Assembly: GCA_965657355.1 (NCBI GenBank)
Contig: CBFHOE010000007.1
Coordinates: 240,113-304,112, forward strand
Reading direction: 5' to 3'
Length of the DNA stretch: 64,000 bases
DNA from: Limisphaerales bacterium
GTDB taxonomy: Bacteria > Verrucomicrobiota > Verrucomicrobiia > Limisphaerales > JAJOIW01
How positions within the stretch are numbered: the stretch's first letter is position 1; each line of letters opens with the position of its first letter. Of this stretch, positions 11,019 to 22,058 are shown piece by piece. Made by a program: the position numbers and the translations under genes. The notes under the pieces are model-generated. The model had not been told where the DNA came from. It ran no database searches and saw only the letters and a list, made by a program, of their open reading frames with translations.

Positions 11019-13352
11019 TCAGTTGTCCATGTGATTACCGATGGTATTCCACCATGTTTTATGCAGAGAATCTAGAGGCGAGCTGCATATATGCTGTCCA
11101 CCGATTGAGAGTTTAAATTCTTTTGCCTCTGTTGTGGAGCCAATCTTTGTTATTGAAATTCCAGAGGGAATAGAATTGAGAATTTCTTTAGCTTTTAAGG
11201 GTTGGACCTCGATAATTATTCGTGATTGTCTCTCACCGAAAAGAAGTGCGTCTAGTCTATCGCCGGCAAGCCCTCGTTCCTTCAAAGGGCCCAGTTCCAG
11301 TTCCACTCCAATAAGTTGAGGAAGGTTGCGAGAGAAATTCGAAGATATTGACATTTCAATAATACTATTTAAAAGCCCACCATCGCTGCAGTCATGAGCT
11401 GCATTAATCAATCCTTTAGATACCCAACCACGGTATGTTTCGTGAATGAGGGATTCATCATCTAAAGAGCAAGGTGAAGGACGGCCGTGTTTTCTTCCAT
11501 GAATACAATTCAGGAATGCTGATCCGCCAAGACCATACCAGTCATCCGCTTTAAACTGACTTGGCTCTATCAAGAACAACTCGCTATCCGAGGATTTGAA
11601 CCATTGTGTAATGATATGATCTTTGCTCTCAAACAGTCCCACAACACCAACAACAGGAGTTGGATCAATAGCACCGCTTGGGTTTTGATTATAAAGACTC
11701 ACATTTCCTCCAGTCACCGGGATATTGAAATGTTGACATGCATCGCTCATTCCGTGAACCGCTTCCTTTAACTGAAAAAATAATTCAGGGTTGTGAGGAT
11801 TACCAAAATTTAGATTGTCGGTGACACCAATCGGACGGGCCCCTGAAACGGCAATATTACGGCATGCCTCTGCCACGGCAATCTTCCCTCCTTCGTATGG
11901 ATCGAGATAAGAATACACGCCATTGCCGTCCACAGTCATAGCTATATACTTATCAGGAAATTCTCTTTTTTCCCCACCAGGAAGCACTGGCATTGAATCT
12001 TCCTTTATCCGAACAACTGCAGCATCACTACCAGGTAATACAACAGAACCATTCCTCACCATATGATCATACTGCCGATAGACCCAATTCTTTGAACTTA
12101 TGGTTGGAAAGGCAAGCAACTGGCTTAATGCACTTATTACTGAGCCAGCATCTAGATCTTGAATTTCATCTACTTGGAATGATCGTGTTTTTGCGAAATA
12201 TTCGGGCTCTTTTGATTCTCGATGGTAAATAGGAGCTTCATCTGCCAATCGAGCTGCTGGAATGTCAGCAACAATCTCACCACTGTGTTTGACAATCATT
12301 TGACCAGTATCGGTGACAACGCCAACTTCAGACCAAGGTAAATCCCATTTATCAAAAACCTTCTTAACCTCATCTTCTCGACCTTTATGAATGATGATTA
12401 ACATCCGCTCCTGTGACTCGCTGAGCATGATTTCATAAGAGGACATACCCGGCCCTCGCTGCGGCACCTTATCAAGCTCTATTTCGATTCCGGTCCCAGC
12501 CCTACTGGCTGTTTCACATGTTGAGCAAGTCAACCCTGCAGCTCCCATATCCTGAATTCCCGCCACGGCACCTGTGGCAAGAAGTTCTAAGCATGCTTCC
12601 ATCACCAATTTTTCCATGAATGGATCACCCACTTGGACGGCCCCTCTTTGATGCTCAGCAGACTCTTCAGTAAGGTCTTGTGAGGCAAAAGCAGCGCCAG
12701 CCAAACCATCCCGTCCAGTAGCTGGGCCAACATAGAAAACAGGGTTACCCACACCCTCTGCAGCCCCTCTTGCAATCTGGTCTGTATAAAGTGCACCCAA
12801 TGCGAAAGCATTTACCAACGGGTTACCTTCGTAAGATTTATCGAAGCAAACCTCACCAGCAATGGTAGGTATACCAAAGCAATTACCGTAGTGGGCTATA
12901 CCTTCGACGACACCTCGAAACAACCTTCTGACCTCGGCTGATTCCAATGATCCAAAACGGAGGGAATTCATACCACAAATTGGACGCGCGCCCATTGTAA
13001 AAATATCTCTTAAAATCCCACCAACACCCGTCGCTGCTCCTTGGAATGGCTCAACGGCACTGGGGTGATTGTGTGACTCAATCTTAAATGCAATGGCTAC
13101 TCCATCTCCAATGTCCAAAATCCCTGCATTCTCTTCACCTGCTGCAACAAGGACTTCCTTTGATTTTGTTGGAAATGACTTTAAGAGTGGACGAGTGTTT
13201 TTGTAGGAACAGTGTTCACTCCACATCACTGAGAAAATTCCTAACTCAGTAATGTTTGGCTCGCGCCCGAGTATATTCAAAATCTGAGCATACTCCTCGG
13301 ATGTGAGTCCATGCTTTTCTATCAATTCAGGGGTAATTTTTGGCTCAGCCAT
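11019..13352 (-). CDS. purL: FGAM synthase subunit PurL
   Basis: [40 protein letters not shown]. Confidence 0.97.
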   Translation of the reverse strand: MAEPKITPELIEKHGLTSEEYAQILNILGREPNITELGIFSVMWSEHCSYKNTRPLLKSFPTKSKEVLVAAGEENAGILDIGDGVAIAFKIESHNHPSAVEPFQGAATGVGGILRDIFTMGARPICGMNSLRFGSLESAEVRRLFRGVVEGIAHYGNCFGIPTIAGEVCFDKSYEGNPLVNAFALGALYTDQIARGAAEGVGNPVFYVGPATGRDGLAGAAFASQDLTEESAEHQRGAVQVGDPFMEKLVMEACLELLATGAVAGIQDMGAAGLTCSTCETASRAGTGIEIELDKVPQRGPGMSSYEIMLSESQERMLIIIHKGREDEVKKVFDKWDLPWSEVGVVTDTGQMIVKHSGEIVADIPAARLADEAPIYHRESKEPEYFAKTRSFQVDEIQDLDAGSVISALSQLLAFPTISSKNWVYRQYDHMVRNGSVVLPGSDAAVVRIKEDSMPVLPGGEKREFPDKYIAMTVDGNGVYSYLDPYEGGKIAVAEACRNIAVSGARPIGVTDNLNFGNPHNPELFFQLKEAVHGMSDACQHFNIPVTGGNVSLYNQNPSGAIDPTPVVGVVGLFESKDHIITQWFKSSDSELFLIEPSQFKADDWYGLGGSAFLNCIHGRKHGRPSPCSLDDESLIHETYRGWVSKGLINAAHDCSDGGLLNSIIEMSISSNFSRNLPQLIGVELELGPLKERGLAGDRLDALLFGERQSRIIIEVQPLKAKEILNSIPSGISITKIGSTTEAKEFKLSIGGQHICSSPLDSLHKTWWNTIGNHMDN

Positions 13353-13447
13353 GGCTAAGTTTAAAAAAGTTTATGACTTAATGGATTTAAGTTTAATGTT
13401 AATCAAAAGTTAAGTTGCTCTAAGGTGTGAATTTCTTTCCCAAAGAA

Positions 13448-14158
13448 CTAGGCCTTCAAGTTACATGCGTCCTCAAAAGACCTGATCATTGATTCAAAAA
13501 TTTTCTTTCCTGTAGATTCCCCCAGTATATCTTCCGAGGCCCTCTCGGGGTGAGGCATCAAGCCTGCCACGTTACCAGCAATATTACTTACTCCAGCAAT
13601 GTTTAAAATAGAACCATTTGGGTTAGTCGATGATGAAATTTGCCCGAAAGAATCGCAATATCTCCATAGAATTTGATTATTATTCTCCAATTGTTCCAAA
13701 CCTGGTTCATCAATATAATAACATCCCTCACCGTGCGCTATCGGGCAGTGAATGAGTTCACCTTCAAAGATCGCCTTGTTAAATGGCGATTGGAGGTTCT
13801 CTGGCTTCAAATACACATGTTCACATATGAAGCGAAGATCTCGATTACGCACCAGAGCCCCTGGCAATAACCCCGATTCCGTAAGTATTTGAAAACCATT
13901 GCATATTCCCAACACCAAGCCACCATTGTCAGCGAACTCTTTGAGAGCACTCATGACCGGACTGCATTTCGCAATGGCGCCACATCTCAGATAATCCCCA
14001 TAACTAAAGCCACCGGGAACGATGACGGCATCTACGCTCCGAATGGCTTTTTCTTTGTGCCACAAATAACTGGCTGGGTAGCCAAGCACATTACTGATGA
14101 CGTGAAGGCAATCCTGATCACAATTTGATCCAGGAAACTGGAGGACCGCAAACTTCAT
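13448..14158 (-). CDS. purQ: FGAM synthase glutaminase subunit PurQ
   Basis: FPGSNCD, GGFSYGDYLR, GICNGFQ, MPHPER. Confidence 0.97.
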   Translation of the reverse strand: MKFAVLQFPGSNCDQDCLHVISNVLGYPASYLWHKEKAIRSVDAVIVPGGFSYGDYLRCGAIAKCSPVMSALKEFADNGGLVLGICNGFQILTESGLLPGALVRNRDLRFICEHVYLKPENLQSPFNKAIFEGELIHCPIAHGEGCYYIDEPGLEQLENNNQILWRYCDSFGQISSSTNPNGSILNIAGVSNIAGNVAGLMPHPERASEDILGESTGKKIFESMIRSFEDACNLKA

Positions 14159-14397
14159 GAAGGATCAATTTCGAGAACGTAATCCTCGATAACCGGATTA
14201 GTTAAAAATTTACGACATGCCTCATCCATGGATGCCCGAACAGTTTCTTCGTCGCCATCGATCTCGAATTCAAGATATTTTCCTACGTGGACAGCGCTGA
14301 TGCCATCGTGACCGAAGTGCTCAAGTGCATTCTGAACTGTCTTTCCTTGTGGATCGAAAACCGCTTTCTTTGGAGTGATAATTACGCGTGCTTTCAT
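14155..14397 (-). CDS. purS: FGAM synthase subunit PurS
   Basis: DPQG, VGK and LTNPVIEDY motifs; 4-nt overlap with purQ. Confidence 0.95.
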   Translation of the reverse strand: MKARVIITPKKAVFDPQGKTVQNALEHFGHDGISAVHVGKYLEFEIDGDEETVRASMDEACRKFLTNPVIEDYVLEIDPS

Positions 14398-14504
14398 TAA
14401 AATTTATTTGGCCATTCTGCAGAATTTGTGTGACATATTAGCGAAAGAATTTAAGAACTCCAGCGATTTGTCATAAGTTCCCTGGCTCGATATGCAAATA
14501 AGAA

Positions 14505-15416
14505 TTATGTGGAGACACCATCAGAGCTCTCATCGACTTTAGATTTTTCAGCAATGGCGTTTCTAGCAGCCTCCGCTTTGGCAGAAGCCTCTACAGCCCT
14601 TTTCTGTATCTCTTCTTGGGAGGGCAGTGACAAAAGGACTTCAGGGGGAATATCAGCATCCTTTTGTAGTTTAACTAAACATTTCTGCCGTTCATTTAAT
14701 GCCTTACTAGAATCCCGTTCTTTGGAAAATCTAGACTTAGCTCTCTCTGAGCGTTCTCTGAGCATGTCATATATATCCCCGCCAAGGAGCGATGAAATAT
14801 CCACCTTCATTTTCTCCCTTTGCATATCTTCGGCGCTGACCTGATCTCCATTGATTGGCCCGGATTTATATTTGGGAAACATAATTGCCGCTTCTGGGCA
14901 AACCCTCGAGCACGCTGGACAATTTGTTTTACAGTTGTCTTGGTTTTGAACCTGAATCTGTTGCTCTGACGAAACTCCATAAACACCAAATAAACAGAAA
15001 CTTAAACACTGCATGCAATTGGTGCACCGATCGTAATCGATTACAGGGAACCATGGTTTCCACGTTTTGTGATTAAAAAGGTTATTCTCAGCTCGGATTC
15101 TTTCGCTTAATTCACCCACCGCTTGAGAGAGACCGGCCCCAGCATCCATAGACGATAAATCGTAAACATTTGTCTCTTCATTTGCTTCAAGCAGATTTAA
15201 TTCTTCCGGTGTTTTCCCGCCGAAATTGCCGATAACCAAAGTTCTGATACGCTCTCCTATTTGCTGCATATTTCGAGGGTCAAAAAGCCTCGTTACGGCA
15301 AAGCCTCTACCTAGCAACTCTCCCACAATGGAAAAGCGATTATCATCGCTAAGCGAATGTGTTCCAGCTCCTTCATAAATTATGACCCTCAGGGACTTGC
15401 TTGCCGCTAAACTCAT
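14505..15416 (-). CDS. 2x[4Fe-4S] ferredoxin-domain protein
   Basis: CTNCMQCLSFC and CKTNCPACSRVCP cluster motifs. Confidence 0.85.
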   Translation of the reverse strand: MSLAASKSLRVIIYEGAGTHSLSDDNRFSIVGELLGRGFAVTRLFDPRNMQQIGERIRTLVIGNFGGKTPEELNLLEANEETNVYDLSSMDAGAGLSQAVGELSERIRAENNLFNHKTWKPWFPVIDYDRCTNCMQCLSFCLFGVYGVSSEQQIQVQNQDNCKTNCPACSRVCPEAAIMFPKYKSGPINGDQVSAEDMQREKMKVDISSLLGGDIYDMLRERSERAKSRFSKERDSSKALNERQKCLVKLQKDADIPPEVLLSLPSQEEIQKRAVEASAKAEAARNAIAEKSKVDESSDGVST

Positions 15417-15490
15417 CAGTTACTTCTATTTGGTTGTTTTATAAATCGGTAATCGTTTAGTTGGAAAAAATCACGCTCAAGATTATCATT

Positions 15491-15886
15491 CTAATCAGAT
15501 TCTTCAATTATTTCGACAGGAGCTTTTCCTTTCCCTTCAGGTAAATTGGATTCAAATTTGTCGCTCATGATATCATTTAAAACAACTGATGCTGTTTGAG
15601 ACCGCATGTTGCATACCTGAACGGCTGTAACATCAAAGTTTCTACCAGTTGAATTTAAGAGCCATTTGACCGCCCTGGGGTAGCAAGCTGCCACTTTAAT
15701 CTTCTTCCCATCTGCAATAGAGGCAAGGTCCGGATCTCTTCTTGCTGCCATTTCACATAAATCTGAAACCGCTTCCCATTCAACATCAGCACGGCACAAA
15801 CCCTCTAATACCTCTTTTTTCACATCTTCGGGTACGATTTTCGCGTGCGCACAATGGCAGTAAATCACTCTACAGTTTTGCCCCAT
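15491..15886 (-). CDS. Small Cys-rich putative Fe-S protein (HdrA N-terminal-domain-like)
   Basis: YCHC, DLC and AACYPRA motifs; adjacent to the ferredoxin gene. Confidence 0.65.
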   Translation of the reverse strand: MGQNCRVIYCHCAHAKIVPEDVKKEVLEGLCRADVEWEAVSDLCEMAARRDPDLASIADGKKIKVAACYPRAVKWLLNSTGRNFDVTAVQVCNMRSQTASVVLNDIMSDKFESNLPEGKGKAPVEIIEESD

Positions 15887-15920
15887 ACTTCATAGCTTAC
15901 CCTCATGTAGTTCTCTTTGT

Positions 15921-15960
15921 AAAATTCAAACCCCGGAATCGAAGCAATCAATTCCGGGGG
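15921..15960 (-). terminator. GC-rich hairpin followed by a U-rich tract (terminator or attenuator)
   Basis: CCCCGGAAT (15931-39) pairs with ATTCCGGGG (15951-59); followed by TTTGAATTTT on the minus strand. Confidence 0.6.
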
Positions 15961-16204
15961 ACCCATTATTGAATATTAGATATTTGTGTCACTCAGCTCA
16001 CCGTACAACTAGGCTTCGAATTTGCGGCCAAGAAGAAGGATTTGCGTCATTCCCAACATCTAGTAGCCCCTCTATATTACTCATCTATTTACAAATTTCC
16101 ATGACAGTTTGAAAATTCTTACCCGTTGCCCATAAGGTAAGCAATTTATTACAAGAACACCAAAAATGCCATTTATTTGTAACTTTTCTGCAATTTTAAA
16201 GTAA

Positions 16205-17419
16205 TCAGTTTTCAGGAATATCGCGAAGAAACGGCCAAAAGGTGAAGGCGAAGCGACCGACGACATTGGATTGAGGAAAATCCCCCCATGCTCGTGAATC
16301 GGAACTATTCATACTGTTGTCCCCCATTGCCATGACATGCTTGGGCCTGACTTGATATTCAGAGTTACCATTATAAAAATACGAGCTTAAGCCAAAGCCT
16401 GGATTGACTTGGCTATAGGTCTTGTTATTAACATGTCCACTGTATCTATCAGGGCGAGGGGGGATTGACGGATCGAATGAATATATTTTTTCGAAACCTT
16501 TATTTTCTTTGGTAAGCTTCTTGTCGTTTATATAGAGGTGCCGATTATCTCCAATCCGGACCTTTTCTCCGCCAAGAGCTACCAAGCGTTTGATGTAAAA
16601 TTGATTCCCCCCCCTAATTCCTTTGATGCCAGCGGTCTTAAATACAATGATCTCGCCTCTTTTTGGGGTGCGGAAGTTGTAGCTCAGGCGGTCGACAAAG
16701 AGAAAATCGCCCCTGACCATGTTAAACTGAACGATGGGATCTCCCTTTTTGAAAACCTGTCTTTTTCCAAGGCTCATCGCTTGTTCTTGGAGCATGTCCA
16801 ATAGGTAATCTCTCTGAGCTATTCCGTTGGCGTTTAGCAGAACGGGCGGTGGATTCCACATCGTATGTTTAACTCCCCCTATATAAAGGTCTCGTTTCTT
16901 TAAAATCCAGGGGATGACCGTTCGGACCTTACCAACAGATTCCAGAGCCCCATCATTTTTGGCTTTTAATTGATAGTAGGAAGTCCCCTTGATCGCGAAA
17001 TCAAACACCCTGCCCAAAAAATTTGGAACATCCACATCAGGGTTAATCAATAAATTTTTTGCAACGTTCCCATAAAGAGTTGGCTGCATGGACCCTGTCG
17101 GGATTTTAAATGGCTGAATAAAAAAAGACCTAACGGCCAAAGCAACCACGACAGCAACAAGGAATACCTCAATATTCTCTCTTTTTATCGGATTGGCATA
17201 TGGGATGAAGTTTTCGTTTGCGATTTGCTCGAACGTTTTCATTGCCTCAGGCAATTCTGAAGCCCTGCTTTTATCATCGATTATCTCTGAAAATTCATTC
17301 AGCCCATCCACCAGAGCTTGCTTTTTGGAAGATTCAAGCAAATCTGACTGGTGTCTGAGCAACTTCTTGACTTGGGACCTCATGTCTTTGGCCCGTCGGC
17401 GTTCTTTTGAGCCAAACAT
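16205..17419 (-). CDS. lepB: Signal peptidase I with N-terminal extension
   Basis: FKIPTGSMQPTL, YIKRLV, MGDNSMNSSDSRAWG; follows lepA. Confidence 0.95.
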   Translation of the reverse strand: MFGSKERRRAKDMRSQVKKLLRHQSDLLESSKKQALVDGLNEFSEIIDDKSRASELPEAMKTFEQIANENFIPYANPIKRENIEVFLVAVVVALAVRSFFIQPFKIPTGSMQPTLYGNVAKNLLINPDVDVPNFLGRVFDFAIKGTSYYQLKAKNDGALESVGKVRTVIPWILKKRDLYIGGVKHTMWNPPPVLLNANGIAQRDYLLDMLQEQAMSLGKRQVFKKGDPIVQFNMVRGDFLFVDRLSYNFRTPKRGEIIVFKTAGIKGIRGGNQFYIKRLVALGGEKVRIGDNRHLYINDKKLTKENKGFEKIYSFDPSIPPRPDRYSGHVNNKTYSQVNPGFGLSSYFYNGNSEYQVRPKHVMAMGDNSMNSSDSRAWGDFPQSNVVGRFAFTFWPFLRDIPEN

Positions 17420-17488
17420 TATAATTTGAATATTAAAAGGTTCATGTTGTTCTTTAATTCAAAGACTTATATCTCATCAGTCTTAAAA

Positions 17489-19279
17489 TCAGGCTTTTAA
17501 GACTTTAATAAATGCCTCTTGCGGGATGCTGACAGATCCGACTGATTTCATCCTCTTTTTTCCCTCTTTTTGCTTCTCAAGAAGCTTTCTTTTACGTGTG
17601 ATATCCCCGCCGTAACATTTTGCTGTGACATCCTTCCTCAATGCACTGAGCGTCTCACGGGCAATGATCTTTCCACCGATAGCTGCCTGGATAGCTATGG
17701 CAAATTGCTGCCTTGGGATAACCTCCCTCAGCTTAGCAGCCAGCGCACGGCCTCGAAACTCGGCTTTTGTTCTGTGAACAATAGATGAAAAAGCGTCGAC
17801 TCTTTCGCCATTGACCAACATATCCATCTTTACCATGTCCGCCTGCACATAATCATCATGTTCGTAATCCATAGATCCATAGCCTTTGGTGATACTTTTG
17901 ATCTTATCATGAAAATCGATGAGAATTTCATTAAGCGGGATCATGGCTGTCATCATAATCCTTCTTTCGTCAAAAGTCTCCGTATTGAGCACATCACCAC
18001 GCTTGTCTGCAATCAAGGCCATCATGTCTCCGATGTTCTCATTAGGGCTCATCACAAAGCATTTGACCATAGGTTCCTCAACATACTCGATATTAGCGGG
18101 ATCAGGCATGAAGGCGGGATTATCGACTTCGACTAATTCCCCATCTGTAAGAAACACTTTGTAAACAACGCTCGGATAGGTCGCTATAATATCCATGTTG
18201 TATTCTCGACGAAGCCTTTCCTGAATTATTTCTAGATGTAATAAACCTAGAAATCCGCAGCGAAACCCAAAGCCCAAAGCGATGGAACTTTCCGCTTGGT
18301 AGACAAAAGCAGCATCGTTTAGCTGCAATTTAGCCAAGCTTTGTTTGAGCTGTTCATAATCGGCCGTATTGATAGGGTATATTCCAGAAAAGACCATTGG
18401 ATGAATTTCCTGGAAACCTGGAAGAGCTGGCGAAGGTTTTTTGGGGTGAGTTAAAGTATCCCCCACTTTGATATCTGCCGGGTTTTTAACATTAGCCGTG
18501 ATATACCCCGTTTCACCAGCACATAACCTATCACGTGAATAAGGTCCCGGATTAAAACTACCAACCTCTTTGATATCAATAAGTCTATCCGTATGGATAA
18601 ATTTGGCTTGCATTCCAGCCCGGATCTCACCGTTTACAACCCTGACAACACTTACAGCTCCGCGATAGGTATCAAAATAGGAGTCAAAGACGAGGACTTG
18701 TAAGCATTGGTCAGGATCGTGTTTCGGCGGCGGGATGCGCTCGACAACTCCTTCAAGAATTTCTTTAATTCCCAGACCTTCTTTTGCGCTCGCCATGATC
18801 GCTTCTTCACCTGGAATCGCCAAAATATCTTCGAGTTGTTGTTTTGCGAAAGGAATGTTGGCGTGAGGTAAATCGATTTTATTAATAACTGGAATGATAG
18901 CCAGATCAAGCTGGATGGCCAGTTGGACATTGGCGACCGTTTGTGCTTCCACCCCTTGCGCCGCATCTATAATGAGAATGGCCCCTTCGCAAGCACTCAA
19001 GCTGCGGCTTACTTCATAAGAAAAATCAACGTGCCCGGGAGTGTCAATGAGGTTCAATTCATAAAGATTCCCATCATCCGCTTTATACCCCATTGTAACC
19101 GGGTGTGCCTTGATCGTTATTCCTCGCTCTCGCTCGAGATCCATGGAATCCAAATGTTGCTCTTGCAACTCTCTGTCTTGGAGCGTCCCAGTATTTTGTA
19201 AGAGGCGATCCGACAATGTTGTCTTACCGTGATCAATGTGAGCAATAATGCAAAAATTTCTAATTCGATTGATGTCCAT
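17489..19279 (-). CDS. lepA: Elongation factor 4
   Basis: IIAHIDHGKTTL, DTPGHVDF, GFRCGFLGLLH, KCYGGDITRKRKLL. Confidence 0.98.
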   Translation of the reverse strand: MDINRIRNFCIIAHIDHGKTTLSDRLLQNTGTLQDRELQEQHLDSMDLERERGITIKAHPVTMGYKADDGNLYELNLIDTPGHVDFSYEVSRSLSACEGAILIIDAAQGVEAQTVANVQLAIQLDLAIIPVINKIDLPHANIPFAKQQLEDILAIPGEEAIMASAKEGLGIKEILEGVVERIPPPKHDPDQCLQVLVFDSYFDTYRGAVSVVRVVNGEIRAGMQAKFIHTDRLIDIKEVGSFNPGPYSRDRLCAGETGYITANVKNPADIKVGDTLTHPKKPSPALPGFQEIHPMVFSGIYPINTADYEQLKQSLAKLQLNDAAFVYQAESSIALGFGFRCGFLGLLHLEIIQERLRREYNMDIIATYPSVVYKVFLTDGELVEVDNPAFMPDPANIEYVEEPMVKCFVMSPNENIGDMMALIADKRGDVLNTETFDERRIMMTAMIPLNEILIDFHDKIKSITKGYGSMDYEHDDYVQADMVKMDMLVNGERVDAFSSIVHRTKAEFRGRALAAKLREVIPRQQFAIAIQAAIGGKIIARETLSALRKDVTAKCYGGDITRKRKLLEKQKEGKKRMKSVGSVSIPQEAFIKVLKA

Positions 19280-19392
19280 CTAGTTGTGTGACGCAGTATA
19301 AAATAATGACATTGGCGAAAATGGAAAGAAAATGACGATCCATTGAGAAATGAAATAGGCAACTTTTTTGAATGCCTTCTGTAATCGACAGA

Positions 19393-20817
19393 CTAATTGA
19401 CGCGTTTCGTCAATGCCAAGCCAGCTTTTAATATTTTGGAAACCTCTTCTTGGGAGGGAGCTTCTGCATAAATGCGCAAAACTGGCTCGGTACCAGAGCC
19501 CCTCAACATAAGCCAAGCACCATTTTTAGCTACCATTTTGACCCCATCGAACGTCTTTACCTCTTCAATGGGTGAACCTGCAAGTTTAGCCGGTGGGTTA
19601 GCAGCTGAAAATTCCATGAGTTCTTCGCGCTTTTCTAAGGGGAAATGACCATCTATCCGGTCATAATGATGGGGCCCATATTTCTTAGTAAGTCTTGCAA
19701 GGATTTGTTTAATCGATTTCTTTTCCATCGCAAGCATTTCGAGCAGCATCAAACCTGCTAGGATCCCATCTCTTTCAGGTATGTGCCCAAGGAAACCTAT
19801 ACCGCCGCTTTCTTCAGCCCCCAGGAGAACATCCCCTTTCATCATTTCAGTGCAAACATACTTAAAACCGACTCCCGTTTCGAGAAGTTCAAGACCGTAA
19901 TCATCGCACATTTTGTCCACCATCGACGTGGTCGTCAATGCCTTGACGACTCTTCCTGTCTGGCCTCGGTTTTCAAACATGTGATGAATGAGCATGCTGA
20001 TGATTTGGTGCGTTGTGATATATTCGCCACGGCCATCCATGCCGCCGACACGGTCGGCATCCCCATCAGTGACTAGGCAGACATCATGGGGGTTCTTTTT
20101 TAAATAAGCTGCTGTGGGCCCGTAGTTTTGCTTGATTGGCTCGGGATTAATACCTCCAAAAATTGGATTATGTTCGCTATTTAACGTCGTGACCTTACAG
20201 GATGTACCCTCCAAAATATCATCAAAGCAACCAGCCCCTACCCCAAAAAGAGGATCATGAGCAAAACGGACACCTGATTTTGAAATCAGCTCAAAATCTA
20301 CTAATTTTTTTTGAGCCTTGTACATCATTGGCTTGAGGTCCTTAATTTGAAGAAGCTTTTGTTTTTTTGCTTCAGTCAGGTGGATTTTTTTGACCTTAGA
20401 TTTATCAATTTGTGCTTCAATACCTTTGCAAATCGCCGGTTCAGCGGACCCACCATAATGAGCCTTAATTTTGAAGCCATTGAAAATTGCTGGGTTATGA
20501 CTGGCTGTGATCATGATACCTCCAACAGATTTAGACTGTTTTACAGCAAAAGAGACAGCCTGGGTCAGCGTAGGGCCATCGCTCAATATGACCTTAAAAC
20601 CATTGGCAGTAAGTATTTCAGCTGATACCGCAGCGAATTCATCAGACAAAAACCGACGGTCAAAACCAATGACAACCTGCTTCTTCGTCCCTTCAATGGG
20701 GTTTTTCTTCCAATAATTGGCACTGGCTTGCGCCACACGCTCAAGATTTTCAAATGTAAATTCGTCGGCAATGACCGCGCGCCATCCATCTGTCCCAAAC
20801 TTTATTTGTGTCTTCAT
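19393..20817 (-). CDS. Phosphoglucomutase/phosphomannomutase family protein
   Basis: FGTDGWR, TASHNP, DGDADR, GAEESGG, RGSGTEP. Confidence 0.95.
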   Translation of the reverse strand: MKTQIKFGTDGWRAVIADEFTFENLERVAQASANYWKKNPIEGTKKQVVIGFDRRFLSDEFAAVSAEILTANGFKVILSDGPTLTQAVSFAVKQSKSVGGIMITASHNPAIFNGFKIKAHYGGSAEPAICKGIEAQIDKSKVKKIHLTEAKKQKLLQIKDLKPMMYKAQKKLVDFELISKSGVRFAHDPLFGVGAGCFDDILEGTSCKVTTLNSEHNPIFGGINPEPIKQNYGPTAAYLKKNPHDVCLVTDGDADRVGGMDGRGEYITTHQIISMLIHHMFENRGQTGRVVKALTTTSMVDKMCDDYGLELLETGVGFKYVCTEMMKGDVLLGAEESGGIGFLGHIPERDGILAGLMLLEMLAMEKKSIKQILARLTKKYGPHHYDRIDGHFPLEKREELMEFSAANPPAKLAGSPIEEVKTFDGVKMVAKNGAWLMLRGSGTEPVLRIYAEAPSQEEVSKILKAGLALTKRVN

Positions 20818-21078
20818 TAATTTTTTGATGACAATATTCGTTTAGCTCACGCGTCGCGCTCACTATTTTATTTCTTTCCTCGCTCATCATAATCCGATTC
20901 TTGATGAATTTTAATTCAAAACAATTGGTTTTTTCATTTTGCCAAAAATATCCAGTCACTTTACGTCGCCAAGTTTTTTGCTGAACTGGCACGCCTGTTC
21001 ATGGGGCTAAAAAAATTGAGATTCGAATTGACTAAGATATTGAATTTGGTATTTTTCGAGACTCTATTTGGAAAATTG

Positions 21079-21513
21079 ATGAAGACATTCCTCCCGAAAG
21101 TTGAGCAAAGCGAGAGAAAGTGGCATTTAATAGACGCCGACGAACAGGTGTTAGGTCGTGTTGCCGTAAAGATAGCCGATATTTTACGTGGTAAAAACAA
21201 GCCAGAATACACCCCTCATATTGATACCGGTGATTTTGTCGTGGTCACCAATGCAGAAAAAATACGCCTTACAGGTCAAAAAGAAACCAATAAATTTTAT
21301 ATGACCTACTCCGGCTGGAGAAGCGGGGATAAATATAAATCTGTAGCTGAAGTCCGCGAAAAGCACCCAGAACGCCTATTAATGCAGGCTGTAAAAGGAA
21401 TGCTTCCAAAAAACCGCCTCGGCTCTCAGATGATCAAAAAGCTGAAAGTGTATGTGGGACCTGACCATCCGCATTCCGCTCAGAACCCTGAACTACTCAC
21501 AATATCTCAATAA
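21079..21513 (+). CDS. rplM: 50S ribosomal protein L13
   Basis: WHLIDA..LGR, LRGKNKP.YTPH.DTGD, KGMLPKN; start at MKTF. Confidence 0.97.
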   Translation: MKTFLPKVEQSERKWHLIDADEQVLGRVAVKIADILRGKNKPEYTPHIDTGDFVVVTNAEKIRLTGQKETNKFYMTYSGWRSGDKYKSVAEVREKHPERLLMQAVKGMLPKNRLGSQMIKKLKVYVGPDHPHSAQNPELLTISQ

Positions 21514-21526
21514 TAATTTTTAAGTA

Positions 21527-21925
21527 ATGTCTGATACTGCAAACGAATTCTGGGGAACAGGAAGACGTAAAACTGCCGTCGCTCGCGTTCGCCTCTCACA
21601 AGGAGTTGGTAAAATTTCAGTTAATGGGAAATCCATTGATGACTATTTTACTACAGATCAAATGAAGAGCCACGCCGTCCGCCCGCTCGAATCACTCGAT
21701 TTGAAGAACAAATTTGATTTACGAATAAACGTCTCAGGTGGCGGCCTGAATGGCCAATCCGGAGCCGTCAGCCACGGCATTGCTAGAGCCATTCTAAAAT
21801 TTGACGAAAACCTAAGGCCACTCCTCAAAACCGAGGGTTACCTTACTCGTGACCCGAGAGCCAAAGAGCGTAAGAAATATGGTCAGCCGGGTGCCCGTAA
21901 GCGTTTCCAGTTCAGCAAACGTTAA
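21527..21925 (+). CDS. rpsI: 30S ribosomal protein S9
   Basis: GTGRRKTAVARV and ERKKYG..GARKRFQFSKR. Confidence 0.98.
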   Translation: MSDTANEFWGTGRRKTAVARVRLSQGVGKISVNGKSIDDYFTTDQMKSHAVRPLESLDLKNKFDLRINVSGGGLNGQSGAVSHGIARAILKFDENLRPLLKTEGYLTRDPRAKERKKYGQPGARKRFQFSKR

Positions 21926-21949
21926 CCCGCTGTTTTCTATCAGGAATTT

Positions 21950-21980
21950 ACCCCGCAGAAGACAGGCTGCGGGGTTTTTT
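21950..21980 (+). terminator. Rho-independent terminator after rpsI
   Basis: ACCCCGCAG/CTGCGGGGT stem followed by a T run. Confidence 0.8.
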
Positions 21981-22058
21981 GTTTTCCACTATTATAGAAT
22001 TGGGGCGGAAGATTTGTTTTTTGCCAAAATCAATCATAAAGCAACCCGATAAAAGGTT

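Noticed and set aside
20987..21001. Sigma54-like TGGCAC upstream of rplM
   Set aside because: The -12 element reads TTCA rather than TTGC; a sigma70-like TTGACT-N16-TATTTT at 21028-21055 is more plausible
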